This document shows positions 24,514 to 33,834 of a stretch of 64,000 bases of DNA, piece by piece. A model generated the notes under the pieces. It did no database searches, had not been told where the DNA came from, and was given only the letters and a program-made list of their open reading frames with translations. The translations under genes and the position numbers were made by a program. Origin of the DNA: an uncultured Ruminococcus sp. GTDB lineage: Bacteria > Bacillota > Clostridia > Oscillospirales > CAG-272. Position 1 is the first letter of the stretch. Every line of letters starts with the position of its first letter. The DNA is taken from positions 13,830 to 77,829 of the forward strand of contig CAZWLL010000001.1 of the NCBI GenBank assembly GCA_964634795.1. Direction: 5' to 3'.

Positions 24514-26229
24514 TTATATCTCCGATTTTAAATTAATATTTTTATTTTTTAAAAGCATTTCACGCGCCGCGGCGATTTGCTTTTCCGTCACCGAGATACC
24601 GCCTATTATTCGCGCTATCTCGTTAACTCTGTCATCGCCTTGAATTTCGGTTACTTTGCTTTCGGTTCTTCCGTCGTTTTCGTTTTTCTCTATAAGTAAA
24701 TGGTGTGCGGCTATGGAGGCGATTTGAGGTGAATGTGTTACCGATATCACCTGAGCATCGGATGACAGCTTATCAAGCATTATTCCGATTTTCTCAGCCG
24801 TTCCTCCTGAAACTCCCGCATCTATTTCATCGAAAATGAGTGTACCCGAATCATTGTTTCCCGCCAATGCTGTTTTGATTGCCAATGTAATTCTTGACAT
24901 TTCGCCGCCTGACGAAACCTTACCGAGTGACGCAAGCTCCTCACCGGTATTGACCGATATGAGAAAATCAACATCGTCATAACCGTTCTGGTTCAGCGCA
25001 TATTCTCCCGATGCTTCTCTCAATGGCGTGACCGAAATACGGAAGCGTACCTTCGGCATATCGAGAAAACGTAAATATGACACAATCTCTTCAGATACCT
25101 TTTTTGCCGCTTCTGTTCTCTTGCAGTTTATTTTACCTGCCAATTCCGATGCTGCCTCACGGATACTTTTTCTCTCATCCTCGAGCTCCTGCAGCTTTTC
25201 GTCGCCTTCCTCAAGCTCCTTGATTTTTGCGGATATTTCCGCACGCTTATTTTTTATCTCGCTTATATTCGAACCGTATTTCTTTTCCAATCGTTCGATA
25301 AGCGACAAGCGTGACTCAACCTGAGTAAGGCGTTCCGCGGGATTTACCATATCATCGTCGATTGAGCTCTTCACTCTCTCGGCAATGTCTATTATCTCAT
25401 ATCGATAATTAGCTATTTTCTGAGCCATTTCATCCGCATCTTCAACTGCATCGGACAGTTGCTCCAATGCGTTTTCGGCTTTTTCAAGTAAATATGCCGC
25501 TGTTGCGCCTTTCTCGCTGAACGCAAGAGCTTTTGTAACAATAGACGCATATTTTGAAAACTTTTCAGAGGATTTCAGCTTTGTACGTAACCTGAGCAGC
25601 TTTTCCTCCTCATCATCTGCCGCGAGATGCGCTGAATCGATTTCTTTTTTTTGATACTTTAATATGTCAAGCATCATTTCGCGCTCTGATATAGCTTTTC
25701 TGAGCTCCGCTATCTTATTGTTTACGGATAATAAATTTTCCCACTGTGCAGAATACTCGGCAAGCTCTTCGCGGTCATTCGCGAAGCTGTCTAATATTGC
25801 GGTATAGTTTGATTTTTCCGTAAGAGTGCTTCTTTCCGACTGTGTTTGTATACCTAGCAGAATCGGAGAAACTTCTTTTAAAATCGAAACAGGTACTGTT
25901 CTTCCGTTTATCTTTGCGCTTGATCTGCCGTCCGCGTTTATAATACGTGTGAGTGTGATTTCTCCGTTTTCATCGGCTGAATAACCAAGCTCGGAAAGCT
26001 TTTCTTTTATGCTGTCAGTACATGAAAAAAGTCCGGTTACCAAAGCACGGTTTTCACCCGTTCTGATAAGCTCACGACCGTTTTTCGCACCGCATAGAAG
26101 AAGCAAACTGTCGATGATTATGGATTTACCCGCACCGGTCTGACCGGTTATAACAGTAAAGCCTTTGTCGAAATCCACATCGATATTTTTTGCAACGGCG
26201 ATATTTTCAATACAGAGGTTCCAGAGCAT
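24514..26229 (-). CDS. recN: DNA repair protein RecN
   Basis: 571 aa. It has an SMC-like N-terminal Walker A (GQTGAGKSIIIDSL), a coiled coil, and a C-terminal signature/Walker B (SGGEMSRITLAIK...LIFDEIDAGVSG). Confidence 0.95.
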   Translation of the reverse strand: MLWNLCIENIAVAKNIDVDFDKGFTVITGQTGAGKSIIIDSLLLLCGAKNGRELIRTGENRALVTGLFSCTDSIKEKLSELGYSADENGEITLTRIINADGRSSAKINGRTVPVSILKEVSPILLGIQTQSERSTLTEKSNYTAILDSFANDREELAEYSAQWENLLSVNNKIAELRKAISEREMMLDILKYQKKEIDSAHLAADDEEEKLLRLRTKLKSSEKFSKYASIVTKALAFSEKGATAAYLLEKAENALEQLSDAVEDADEMAQKIANYRYEIIDIAERVKSSIDDDMVNPAERLTQVESRLSLIERLEKKYGSNISEIKNKRAEISAKIKELEEGDEKLQELEDERKSIREAASELAGKINCKRTEAAKKVSEEIVSYLRFLDMPKVRFRISVTPLREASGEYALNQNGYDDVDFLISVNTGEELASLGKVSSGGEMSRITLAIKTALAGNNDSGTLIFDEIDAGVSGGTAEKIGIMLDKLSSDAQVISVTHSPQIASIAAHHLLIEKNENDGRTESKVTEIQGDDRVNEIARIIGGISVTEKQIAAAREMLLKNKNINLKSEI

Positions 26230-26252
26230 TATTTAAAACCTCCTTGTGTTAT

Positions 26253-26705
26253 TCAGGAATTTATAAGCTTCATTATCTTATGTGCGATGGTATCGGCGGA
26301 TTCCGCGTCACGTGTAACTATTATTATACAGTCGTCACCCGCAACACAACCTAAAATATCAAGCTCATGAAGTGCTTCCACACCCACTGCTACTGCATTT
26401 GCCATTCCCGGATAGGTTCTGATAACAATGTCATTGAAAGAATAGTCGACTGATTTAATTGAATTCGCAAGTGCTCTGCTGTAGACATGCTGACTTTCTC
26501 CGGAGTTATTTTTCGGTACCACATATCTGTATGTACCCATATCGGACATCTGCTTCAGCAGCTTCAATTCGCGTATATCTCTCGAAACGGTTGCCTGTGT
26601 TACGTCAAAGCCTGCCAGCTTCAGTTTCGCGATAAGTTCTTCCTGAGTCTCAATGTTGTTATTCTCGATTATCTCGAGAATTTTGTTGTGTCTTTTAACT
26701 TTCAT
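26253..26705 (-). CDS. argR: Arginine repressor
   Basis: 150 aa from the ATG at 26705 (MKVKRHNKILEIIENNNIETQEELIAKLKLAGFDVTQATVSRDIRELKL). The 27-aa extension in the track is not ArgR-like. Confidence 0.92.
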   Translation of the reverse strand: MKVKRHNKILEIIENNNIETQEELIAKLKLAGFDVTQATVSRDIRELKLLKQMSDMGTYRYVVPKNNSGESQHVYSRALANSIKSVDYSFNDIVIRTYPGMANAVAVGVEALHELDILGCVAGDDCIIIVTRDAESADTIAHKIMKLINS

Positions 26706-26751
26706 AATACCAGCACCTTCTGTTATTTTATGTGATTCCGCCGTGGTTACT

Positions 26752-27624
26752 TTATTTTTCGGATAATTTGGAATGCAGAACATCAATAAAGCTTCTGCTC
26801 TTTATCCTGATTAAACTTGTTTCCCAAGAAGATTTTTTAATTTCTATTGTCCAATCATCCTGCAGCTTGACTGCATCTCGTCCATCCGCATTCAGATATA
26901 CAGTTGAATTATTGCTTTTAATTCCGCCTATACGTATTTTTGTTCCCGCATGGAATATAATAGGTCTTGATGACAGTGTGTGCGGACAAATCGGCGTCAG
27001 GCATATACATTCAAGTGACGGATCAAGCACCGGGCCGCCTGCGGAAAGTGAGTATGCCGTTGAGCCTGTCGGAGTAGCGACTATAATTCCGTCCGCTCTC
27101 CACGCATCGGTCTTTACATCGTCACAATAAATGTCGAATCCGATTAAACGGGCTATGGGACCGTTTGTAATTACAGCATCATTCAGAACCGTATAACTGC
27201 ATTGTATTTCGCCGTTTGCGTCCCTGACGACAGCATCAAGCATTATTCTTTTATCCGCAGTATATTCACCCATAACCGCTCTGCCGATATCGGTAAATTC
27301 TCCCGCATCAAGCTCGGTTAAAAAACCTATATGACCGAAATTAATTCCGATCAGCGGTATCTGTTTATCGAGAAGTCTATGCGCAGCTTCGATTATCGAT
27401 CCGTCTCCGCCGAGTACTATTGCCGCATCGTAATCATCGTTTGGATTGTACTCGGAAATTCTGCTGCTGTGCTCCGGCATATCCGCCAGTGTTATTCTAT
27501 CGCTGTCAAACATGCTTATTCGACAGTCAAGTGCGAACAAATACGAAATAAGCGCATTCAGTTTTATGCTGTCGATATATTTAGTGGTATTGGTTATCAA
27601 AATCAGATTTTCAAGTTTTTTCAT
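26752..27624 (-). CDS. nadK: NAD(+) kinase
   Basis: 290 aa from the ATG at 27624 (GGAGG SD 6 nt upstream), with the GGDGS motif (VLGGDGSIIEA). It overlaps the tlyA 3' end by 14 nt. Confidence 0.92.
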   Translation of the reverse strand: MKKLENLILITNTTKYIDSIKLNALISYLFALDCRISMFDSDRITLADMPEHSSRISEYNPNDDYDAAIVLGGDGSIIEAAHRLLDKQIPLIGINFGHIGFLTELDAGEFTDIGRAVMGEYTADKRIMLDAVVRDANGEIQCSYTVLNDAVITNGPIARLIGFDIYCDDVKTDAWRADGIIVATPTGSTAYSLSAGGPVLDPSLECICLTPICPHTLSSRPIIFHAGTKIRIGGIKSNNSTVYLNADGRDAVKLQDDWTIEIKKSSWETSLIRIKSRSFIDVLHSKLSEK

Positions 27625-28390
27625 TTGCCGCCTCCGATAAATCCTTTTCGGTGACAATGTCATTGCCGCACAATTGGGCATATACGAGAAATTCTGTATT
27701 TCCGTCGCCGCCGTGTATAGGTGAGCGCATTATTTTCTTTATTCCGAAACCGTTCTCACGCAGTGATGACAGTACTTTACGCATAGCCAAAACATGTTGT
27801 TTTTTATCTTTAACAATTCCGTTTTTTCCTATCGCAATTCTGCCGCATTCAAACTGAGGCTTAATCAAGCCTATATAACATGCGTCATCCGTAAGTATGC
27901 TTTTCATATTCGGAATTACCAGCGTTTGTGATATGAAAGAAATATCGCATACGGCTAAGCCGCACTTTTCATTTGTTGTATCGGCAGTGATATCGCGTGC
28001 GTTCTGCCCTTCTATATTTGTTACACGATTATCGTTCTTCAGCTTTTCATCAAGCTGATCATGCCCCGAGTCAATCGCGTAAACATGCCGTGCTCCGTGC
28101 TGAAGGAGACAGTCTGTAAATCCACCTGTGGATGCACCTATATCCGCACAAATTAATTCGGAAACATCGATTCCGAAATTATCGAGTGCGCCTTCAAGTT
28201 TAATTCCGCCGCGGCTCACGTATTTTTGTTTCTCGGTTACCGTAATTTTGTCATGCTGTTCATCGACATCATATGACGGCTTAAACACAGCCACCCCGTT
28301 TACCAACACAAATCCGCTTGCAATAAGGTTTGCTGCTTTTGTACGGCTCGACGTCTCACCGAGTGCGACAAGATAAACATCTAATCTCAT
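27611..28390 (-). CDS. tlyA: TlyA-family rRNA 2'-O-methyltransferase (S4 + FtsJ domains)
   Basis: 259 aa. MRLDVYLV... forms the S4 domain, and DIGASTGGFTDCLL is the SAM motif. Confidence 0.9.
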   Translation of the reverse strand: MRLDVYLVALGETSSRTKAANLIASGFVLVNGVAVFKPSYDVDEQHDKITVTEKQKYVSRGGIKLEGALDNFGIDVSELICADIGASTGGFTDCLLQHGARHVYAIDSGHDQLDEKLKNDNRVTNIEGQNARDITADTTNEKCGLAVCDISFISQTLVIPNMKSILTDDACYIGLIKPQFECGRIAIGKNGIVKDKKQHVLAMRKVLSSLRENGFGIKKIMRSPIHGGDGNTEFLVYAQLCGNDIVTEKDLSEAANEKT

Positions 28391-29286
28391 TTTTTACGTG
28401 AAAGAAGCCACACAGCCAATCTGCATAGAACTTCACTGCCGGTATATTCCGATATTGCTTCAACGGAAAGCAGTGTAAGAAGTGTTTCTTCCTCCTCCGC
28501 TTCATTTAAACTCAAAAAAGCAAGAGAAGTCTTTTTGTCATTCTTTTCATCGCTTCCGACTTTCTTTCCTAAAACCTCGGTAGTGCTTTTTACATCGAGA
28601 ATATCATCGTGTATCTGGAACGCAAGTCCGATTGACGATGCGTAAAGCTTAATATTGTCTATATCTTTTTTTACTGGTTTATCTACTGCCGCAAAATATC
28701 CAAGCAGGCATGCCGCAGTAATCAGCGCACTTGTTTTTTCAGCGTAAATCTTCTTTAATTGAGTATAGCTCTCTACATTATTTTCCAAATCGAGAGTTTG
28801 TCCGCCTACCATGCCTACGATTCCAGCTTCATGAGAAAGCTCCGCAACAGCCAAACGAATTGATTTATGCGACACATAATTGTTCGACGCGCATAGCTCA
28901 AAAGCATATGTGAGCAGTCCGTCACCAGCCAAAAGAGCTTCCGCCTCACCGAATTTAACATGGCATGACGGTTTGCCGCGTCTCAGCTCATCATCATCCA
29001 TACACGGAAGATCATCATGTATGAGGGAATACGCATGCAGACATTCCAATGCGCATGCGTATGGTATGGCAGCTTCTTCACGTCCGCCGAACAGCCTGCA
29101 AAATTCCATTACCAGAAAAGCTCTGACTCTTTTGCCTCCGCCGAGTGTTGAATATCTCATTGCCTGTGCTGTTACCGTGTCTCCGATAGCATCTTCCGAT
29201 AAATACATCGAAAGTGCTTTTTCTACTTTTTCCGCTGCTTCCTTCAGGGAATTCTCAACGGCAATTGTCGGATTATTTTCCATCAT
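28387..29286 (-). CDS. ispA: Polyprenyl diphosphate synthase (farnesyl-diphosphate synthase type)
   Basis: The first DDxxD motif is LIHDDLPCMDDDELRRGKPS and the second is FQIHDDILD. Confidence 0.9.
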   Translation of the reverse strand: MMENNPTIAVENSLKEAAEKVEKALSMYLSEDAIGDTVTAQAMRYSTLGGGKRVRAFLVMEFCRLFGGREEAAIPYACALECLHAYSLIHDDLPCMDDDELRRGKPSCHVKFGEAEALLAGDGLLTYAFELCASNNYVSHKSIRLAVAELSHEAGIVGMVGGQTLDLENNVESYTQLKKIYAEKTSALITAACLLGYFAAVDKPVKKDIDNIKLYASSIGLAFQIHDDILDVKSTTEVLGKKVGSDEKNDKKTSLAFLSLNEAEEEETLLTLLSVEAISEYTGSEVLCRLAVWLLSRKK

Positions 29287-29313
29287 ATTCTCCCAACAGA
29301 TAATGTCCAGCCA

Positions 29314-29556
29314 TCAGCTGTTTTTTTGTTTTTCCATATCGGTCTCGACTAATTTTCCGTTATCGCCGAGTGTAAGTATCTTCACCTTTTGCTCAGCCGT
29401 ATCGAGTCTTGAGTTGCACAGCTTGACGAGAGACACACCTTCTTCAAAAGCCGATAATGCCTTGTCAAGAGGAGCATTTCCGTTTTCCAGCATTCTTACA
29501 ATCTCTTCGAGTCTTGCAATAGCTGTCTCAAATGACATTTCCTGTTTTTCTTCCAT
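29314..29556 (-). CDS. xseB: Exodeoxyribonuclease VII small subunit
   Basis: 80 aa. Recognised from SFETAIARLEEIVRMLENGNAPLDKALSAFEEGVSLVKLC. Confidence 0.92.
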   Translation of the reverse strand: MEEKQEMSFETAIARLEEIVRMLENGNAPLDKALSAFEEGVSLVKLCNSRLDTAEQKVKILTLGDNGKLVETDMEKQKNS

Positions 29557-29570
29557 AATATTTACCTATT

Positions 29571-30815
29571 TTAGATTTCTTCGGGTTTTACTTCATCGAC
29601 CGTACATCCGACCGAACCGCCTATTGTCTTAAATTCTACCTTGTCGCCTACGTTTACATCATTCACGCTTTTAACGAGCTCGCCTGTTGATTTATATACC
29701 GCACTGTATCCTCTTGAAATTACAGACATCGGATTAAGAGCGCTGAGTTTTCCCGTTACTGCCGCCATTTCTGCTTTTTTACCGTTTAGCTCGGCGTTAA
29801 ACGCGCGTGAAAGCCTATCAGACAGCATGTCAGTATACATTCTGCGATCGTTTATCAGATTTTCTGGATCTGTCATAACACGTGAATCCGCAAGAGAATT
29901 CAACTTCTCGCGGCGCAGCTTGAGCATATGATTAATAACATCCGCTTCACGCGTAATGATATTGGAAATTTTTCTTTTAAGCTCGCTTGTTTCGGGCACA
30001 GCGAGCTCTGCCGCTGCCGACGGTGTCGGTGCTCTTTTATCAGCCGCAAAATCGCAGATTGTAAAATCAGTTTCATGACCGACAGCGGATATTACGGGTA
30101 TAGCGGATGCCGCAACGGCTCTCGCTACACCTTCATCATTAAATGCCCATAAATCCTCTATTGAACCTCCGCCTCTTCCGATGATTATAACATCAACAGA
30201 ACGTGTGGTATTAAAGTAATTAATACCTGCAATCAGCTGCGGAGGTGCATCGGGCCCTTGAACAAGCGATGGAAATAAAACAAGCTTAGCATACGGAAAA
30301 CGTCTTCCGCAAACATTTATCATATCGCGAATTGCCGCTCCGGTAGCCGATGTGATAATACCCACACGTGTCGGTATTTTGGGTAAAGGCTTTTTTCTTG
30401 ATTGATCGAATAAGCCTTCACGCTCAAGCTTCTTTTTCAGCTGTTCGAACGCAATATAGAGTGAGCCGACACCATCAGGCTCCATGGAATCAGCGTAAAG
30501 CTGATATGTTCCGTCACGTACGAACGATGATATTTTTCCGTGCGCGGTGACCTTCATTCCGTCCTCAGGCATAAACTTCATTTTCATTGCCGAAGACTTA
30601 AACATTACGGTTCGTATCTGACTGGTCTCATCTTTAAGCGTAAAATAAAAATGTCCTGTAGCGTAGTGATTTTTAAAATTCGATATCTCACCTTTTACAT
30701 ATACATCACTGAGCTGTGGGGTTGTTTCAATCAGTCTTTTTATATATTCATTCAGCTGTGTTACCGTAAGCGCTCCGGGAAACTTCGCCGAAGTCGGTAA
30801 TTCAATATTATTCAT
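29571..30815 (-). CDS. xseA: Exodeoxyribonuclease VII large subunit
   Basis: 414 aa with an N-terminal OB-fold (LTVTQLNEYIKRLIE...VYVKGEISNFK) and a catalytic domain (IIGRGGGSIEDLWAFN). Confidence 0.94.
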   Translation of the reverse strand: MNNIELPTSAKFPGALTVTQLNEYIKRLIETTPQLSDVYVKGEISNFKNHYATGHFYFTLKDETSQIRTVMFKSSAMKMKFMPEDGMKVTAHGKISSFVRDGTYQLYADSMEPDGVGSLYIAFEQLKKKLEREGLFDQSRKKPLPKIPTRVGIITSATGAAIRDMINVCGRRFPYAKLVLFPSLVQGPDAPPQLIAGINYFNTTRSVDVIIIGRGGGSIEDLWAFNDEGVARAVAASAIPVISAVGHETDFTICDFAADKRAPTPSAAAELAVPETSELKRKISNIITREADVINHMLKLRREKLNSLADSRVMTDPENLINDRRMYTDMLSDRLSRAFNAELNGKKAEMAAVTGKLSALNPMSVISRGYSAVYKSTGELVKSVNDVNVGDKVEFKTIGGSVGCTVDEVKPEEI

Positions 30816-31791
30816 TATTATCTCTGTAATATTTTTCTCTCGTTATAAGAGAAACTCCCGCCGCATTATCCGATGAAAAGGCAGCATCGGCAAACATGCC
30901 GTATTTCTCAAGTCTTTTTTTGATAAATTTCGAGCTCATAACGCCGCCCGCATATATAATACTCTTTTCGCCGTATTTGCTTATCGCGTTCAATGTCAGC
31001 GTTTCAAGTGTTCGTGCTATATAATCAAGCACATAAGCTGAGGTTTCGGCTTTATCACCGTTTTTGGCGAACAATTCCGCTGATTTATTTTCCAAGCCGG
31101 AAAGATTGCACTCGGTTCCGCTCACGGACAGCCGCATAGTTTCTGTTTTTCCGCTGTATGTCAAAGCCGTATTATCAAGTTCGGGTCCGCATGGAAATTT
31201 AAATCCCATCATTACCCCTGCTCTGTCTATAGCCTGACCGCAATTTATGTCTTTTGTTCCGCCGATGTGTGTTATATCGAAAATCTCGCATGCATCGGGC
31301 TTTATCAAAAGTAAATCCGTAGTACCGCCGGACACATGGAATGCGATAAACTCTTTATTTACAAGCTCGTGCATATCCGCATTATTATTCGTACACGATG
31401 AATATACAGCCGCCATTATATGACCTGCTTGATGAGAAGTCTTATATAACGGAACACAAGCCGTCTCCGCCGCATATACCGCAGAGCTTTCGCCCGCGAG
31501 AAAGCACGGCATATATGAGCCTTCGATTCCGCGCGGGTATGCGGAATATCCGACAGCGGTAACAGTATAGTCATTTTCCCTCAAGAAATCTCCGACAGCC
31601 TTAGCGGCAATCGGCAGATTCTTTATATGCTGAAATACAGCATCGCTTTGTCTGAGGCCTCGCTCGCCATCTTTCACGAAAAGCGGAAGCTTTACATTAA
31701 GCAATACTCTTCCGTCCTCGTCGCACAATGCGGATGACGTAGTATAGTTACTGGTATCAATACCCAGAAATGCTTTTTTACATTGTTTCAT
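30808..31791 (-). CDS. Divergent TsaD/Kae1 (peptidase M22, ASKHA) family paralogue; function unknown
   Basis: 327 aa. The motifs line up with TsaD: GIDTS, HQAGH (compare HMEGH, the metal-binding histidines), HVSGGTT, GGTKDINCGQAIDRAG, SGLEN, YAGGVMSS and SSDNAAG. The canonical GIETSCDET N-terminal signature is replaced by GIDTSNYTT. Confidence 0.8.
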   Translation of the reverse strand: MKQCKKAFLGIDTSNYTTSSALCDEDGRVLLNVKLPLFVKDGERGLRQSDAVFQHIKNLPIAAKAVGDFLRENDYTVTAVGYSAYPRGIEGSYMPCFLAGESSAVYAAETACVPLYKTSHQAGHIMAAVYSSCTNNNADMHELVNKEFIAFHVSGGTTDLLLIKPDACEIFDITHIGGTKDINCGQAIDRAGVMMGFKFPCGPELDNTALTYSGKTETMRLSVSGTECNLSGLENKSAELFAKNGDKAETSAYVLDYIARTLETLTLNAISKYGEKSIIYAGGVMSSKFIKKRLEKYGMFADAAFSSDNAAGVSLITREKYYRDNNE

Positions 31792-32299
31792 CTGGAGTAT
31801 TAACGGATAAGTTCTGAGGTTCGGCTATTATGCCGTGGCTTCTTGCTATTTTATTGAGTATTCCGTTGACAAAAGCCGGAGCCGCCTCATCATCGTAATC
31901 ACGAACTATATCAATGGCTTCACTTATTACGGCTTTAGGAGGGGTATCCGTCCAAAGCAGTTCGTACACAGCCAATCTTAAAACCGTTCTCGTAGGTACA
32001 GACATACGAGAAAGCTTCCATTTTATCGATGTAGATTCAATATCCTCATCGATTTCATCAAGCTTTTCGATTATTCCGAAATAAGTGTTTTTTACATATT
32101 CGCTTGAATATTCTTTGTTTAATACAAGCTCTCCGTCTTCTCCTACATAATCGTATAACAGAGCGTTGTATATTTCAACAGGATCCGATTCCTTGTTGAA
32201 TTCGCGCGCAAAAAGCATTTTAAAAGCAGCTAATCTCTTTTCATGCCTTGAAATCTTCGGTTTATCTGCCATATTATCTTCCGCATGCACATTCGGCAT
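31778..32299 (-). CDS. nusB: Transcription antitermination factor NusB
   Basis: 173 aa from the ATG at 32299 (AAGGAG SD 8 nt upstream). The NusB fold is recognised from RLAAFKMLFAREF...VLRLAVYELLW... Confidence 0.9.
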   Translation of the reverse strand: MPNVHAEDNMADKPKISRHEKRLAAFKMLFAREFNKESDPVEIYNALLYDYVGEDGELVLNKEYSSEYVKNTYFGIIEKLDEIDEDIESTSIKWKLSRMSVPTRTVLRLAVYELLWTDTPPKAVISEAIDIVRDYDDEAAPAFVNGILNKIARSHGIIAEPQNLSVNTPDETM

Positions 32300-32636
32300 A
32301 CGGCAAGCTCCTTTCCAGCCTGACAGTTCTCCCGCAATCATGCTATATAATTTTCAATCAGCTATGAATATGCGTAAAGCAGGATTATTATTCAACATAA
32401 TTATAATACTTTCACTTTCTTCTGTCAATGGATAACAATACAAATATTTCCATAATTTATACATTTATACAGTCAACATACATAGCATCCATTTCGGAAT
32501 ATTCTTCGTTTATATCCGCACAAAGCTGTCAAAACACAAAACTATTATTAAATTTTTCTATTTATCGGTAGGATTTATTAATTTATTTTCGGTATAATGA
32601 ATCCTACAATACATTCTTTTTTTCGGAGATAATATC

Positions 32637-33095
32637 GTGAATGCCGTTAAAACAATAAAAAAAGTTATACTTAACGCATGTGTAATTTATACAATCATGC
32701 TGACTGCGGTTTATACCCTCGGAGCATTCGTAAATTCCAGCTGGATTCCCACAGTTCGTATGGTTTATTCATGTCTTGCCTTTTCGATTATATTATCCGC
32801 TCTTAATTCCTTCCTGTTTTCCGATATGTTAGTATTTGCGCTGAGACTTCTCATTCACTTTATTTCATCATCGGTTATATTCTACGTTTTATATATCGTT
32901 TGGGGAGGTTATAAATCAAACGGCGGCTCAACACTTACTGCTCTGCTCGTATTTGTTTTCGTATATGTATTATGTGCCGCGATGGTCGGTATATTTAAGT
33001 ACCTGTTTCCCGACAAGAAAAGCAATGATAAACAAATCAATGAATATAAACCGATTTTTTCGGGCAGTGATAACGGCAATAAAACAAAAAAATGA
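32637..33095 (+). CDS. Small polytopic membrane protein (about 4 TM), function unknown
   Basis: 152 aa with a GTG start and GGAG 8 nt upstream. It has four hydrophobic segments. The stop overlaps the trmO start (ATGA). Confidence 0.6.
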   Translation: MNAVKTIKKVILNACVIYTIMLTAVYTLGAFVNSSWIPTVRMVYSCLAFSIILSALNSFLFSDMLVFALRLLIHFISSSVIFYVLYIVWGGYKSNGGSTLTALLVFVFVYVLCAAMVGIFKYLFPDKKSNDKQINEYKPIFSGSDNGNKTKK

Positions 33096-33769
33096 CTGAG
33101 TTAAAAACAATCGCACACATTAGAACCGATTTTAAGACTAAATTCGGATTACCCAGACAAAGCGGATTAGTACCCGAATTATGCGGTATTATAGAATTCA
33201 CGGACGAATACAAAAATAATGACGCTCTTCGCGGACTTGACGGTTATTCCCACATTTGGCTTATATGGGGTTTCTCGGAAGGATTTTCATCCCGTACCGA
33301 TGGCAATGATTGGAGTCCGACTGTTCGTCCTCCCAGACTCGGCGGCAACAAAAGAATAGGAGTATTCGCCTCACGTTCACCGAACAGACCGAATCCAATA
33401 GGCTTATCAGTAGTTAAGATAGTCAAAATAGACGCCTCTTCAATTTATGTTTCTGGCGTCGATATGGTTGACAATACCCCTATTTATGATATAAAACCTT
33501 ACCTGCCGCATGTAGATTCTATTCCCGACGCTTTAGGCGGATATGCTCTTGAGGTTGCGGGTGATACGCTCGATGTTATTTTTCCCGATGAGCTTCTTTC
33601 GCTGATACCGTCTGCCAAACGAAATGCGATAATCAATTGTTTGAAGGAAGATCCAAGACCGGCATATCAAAAATGCGTGGACAACCGCGAATACGGATTT
33701 TCTTTTGCAGGCTTCGATATTAAGTTTACTGTATGCGATAATATACTTACCGTTACCGATGTTGTATAA
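33092..33769 (+). CDS. trmO: tRNA (m6t6A37) methyltransferase TrmO (TsaA/YaeB family)
   Basis: 225 aa. Recognised from IAHIRTDFKTKFGLPRQ...SHIWLIW...SPNRPNPIGLSVVK...DNTPIYDIKPY. Confidence 0.88.
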   Translation: MTELKTIAHIRTDFKTKFGLPRQSGLVPELCGIIEFTDEYKNNDALRGLDGYSHIWLIWGFSEGFSSRTDGNDWSPTVRPPRLGGNKRIGVFASRSPNRPNPIGLSVVKIVKIDASSIYVSGVDMVDNTPIYDIKPYLPHVDSIPDALGGYALEVAGDTLDVIFPDELLSLIPSAKRNAIINCLKEDPRPAYQKCVDNREYGFSFAGFDIKFTVCDNILTVTDVV

Positions 33770-33777
33770 AGCTTAAA

Positions 33778-33820
33778 GCCCTCGAAAAGCATATGCTGCT
33801 TTTCGAGGGCTTTGGTTTTT
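33778..33820. terminator. Bidirectional rho-independent terminator between trmO and the GDPD gene
   Basis: GCCCTCGAAAAGCA-TATGC-TGCTTTTCGAGGGC is a 14-bp perfect stem, followed by TTTGGTTTTT and preceded by AAA. Confidence 0.9.
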
Positions 33821-33834
33821 ATGTGATTCAAGTA

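Noticed and set aside
26706-26786. N-terminal extensions in the ORF track for argR. The same applies to nadK, nusB, the GDPD gene, trmL, ctsR, tsaB, the SIS gene, the AEC gene, the cmk-like gene, the DUF4430 lipoprotein and the FliB-like gene.
   Set aside because: In each case an internal ATG is preceded by a GGAGG-type SD at 5-10 nt and matches the family N-terminus. The extension contains the SD, a promoter box or the upstream gene's 3' end. The coordinates were trimmed accordingly.
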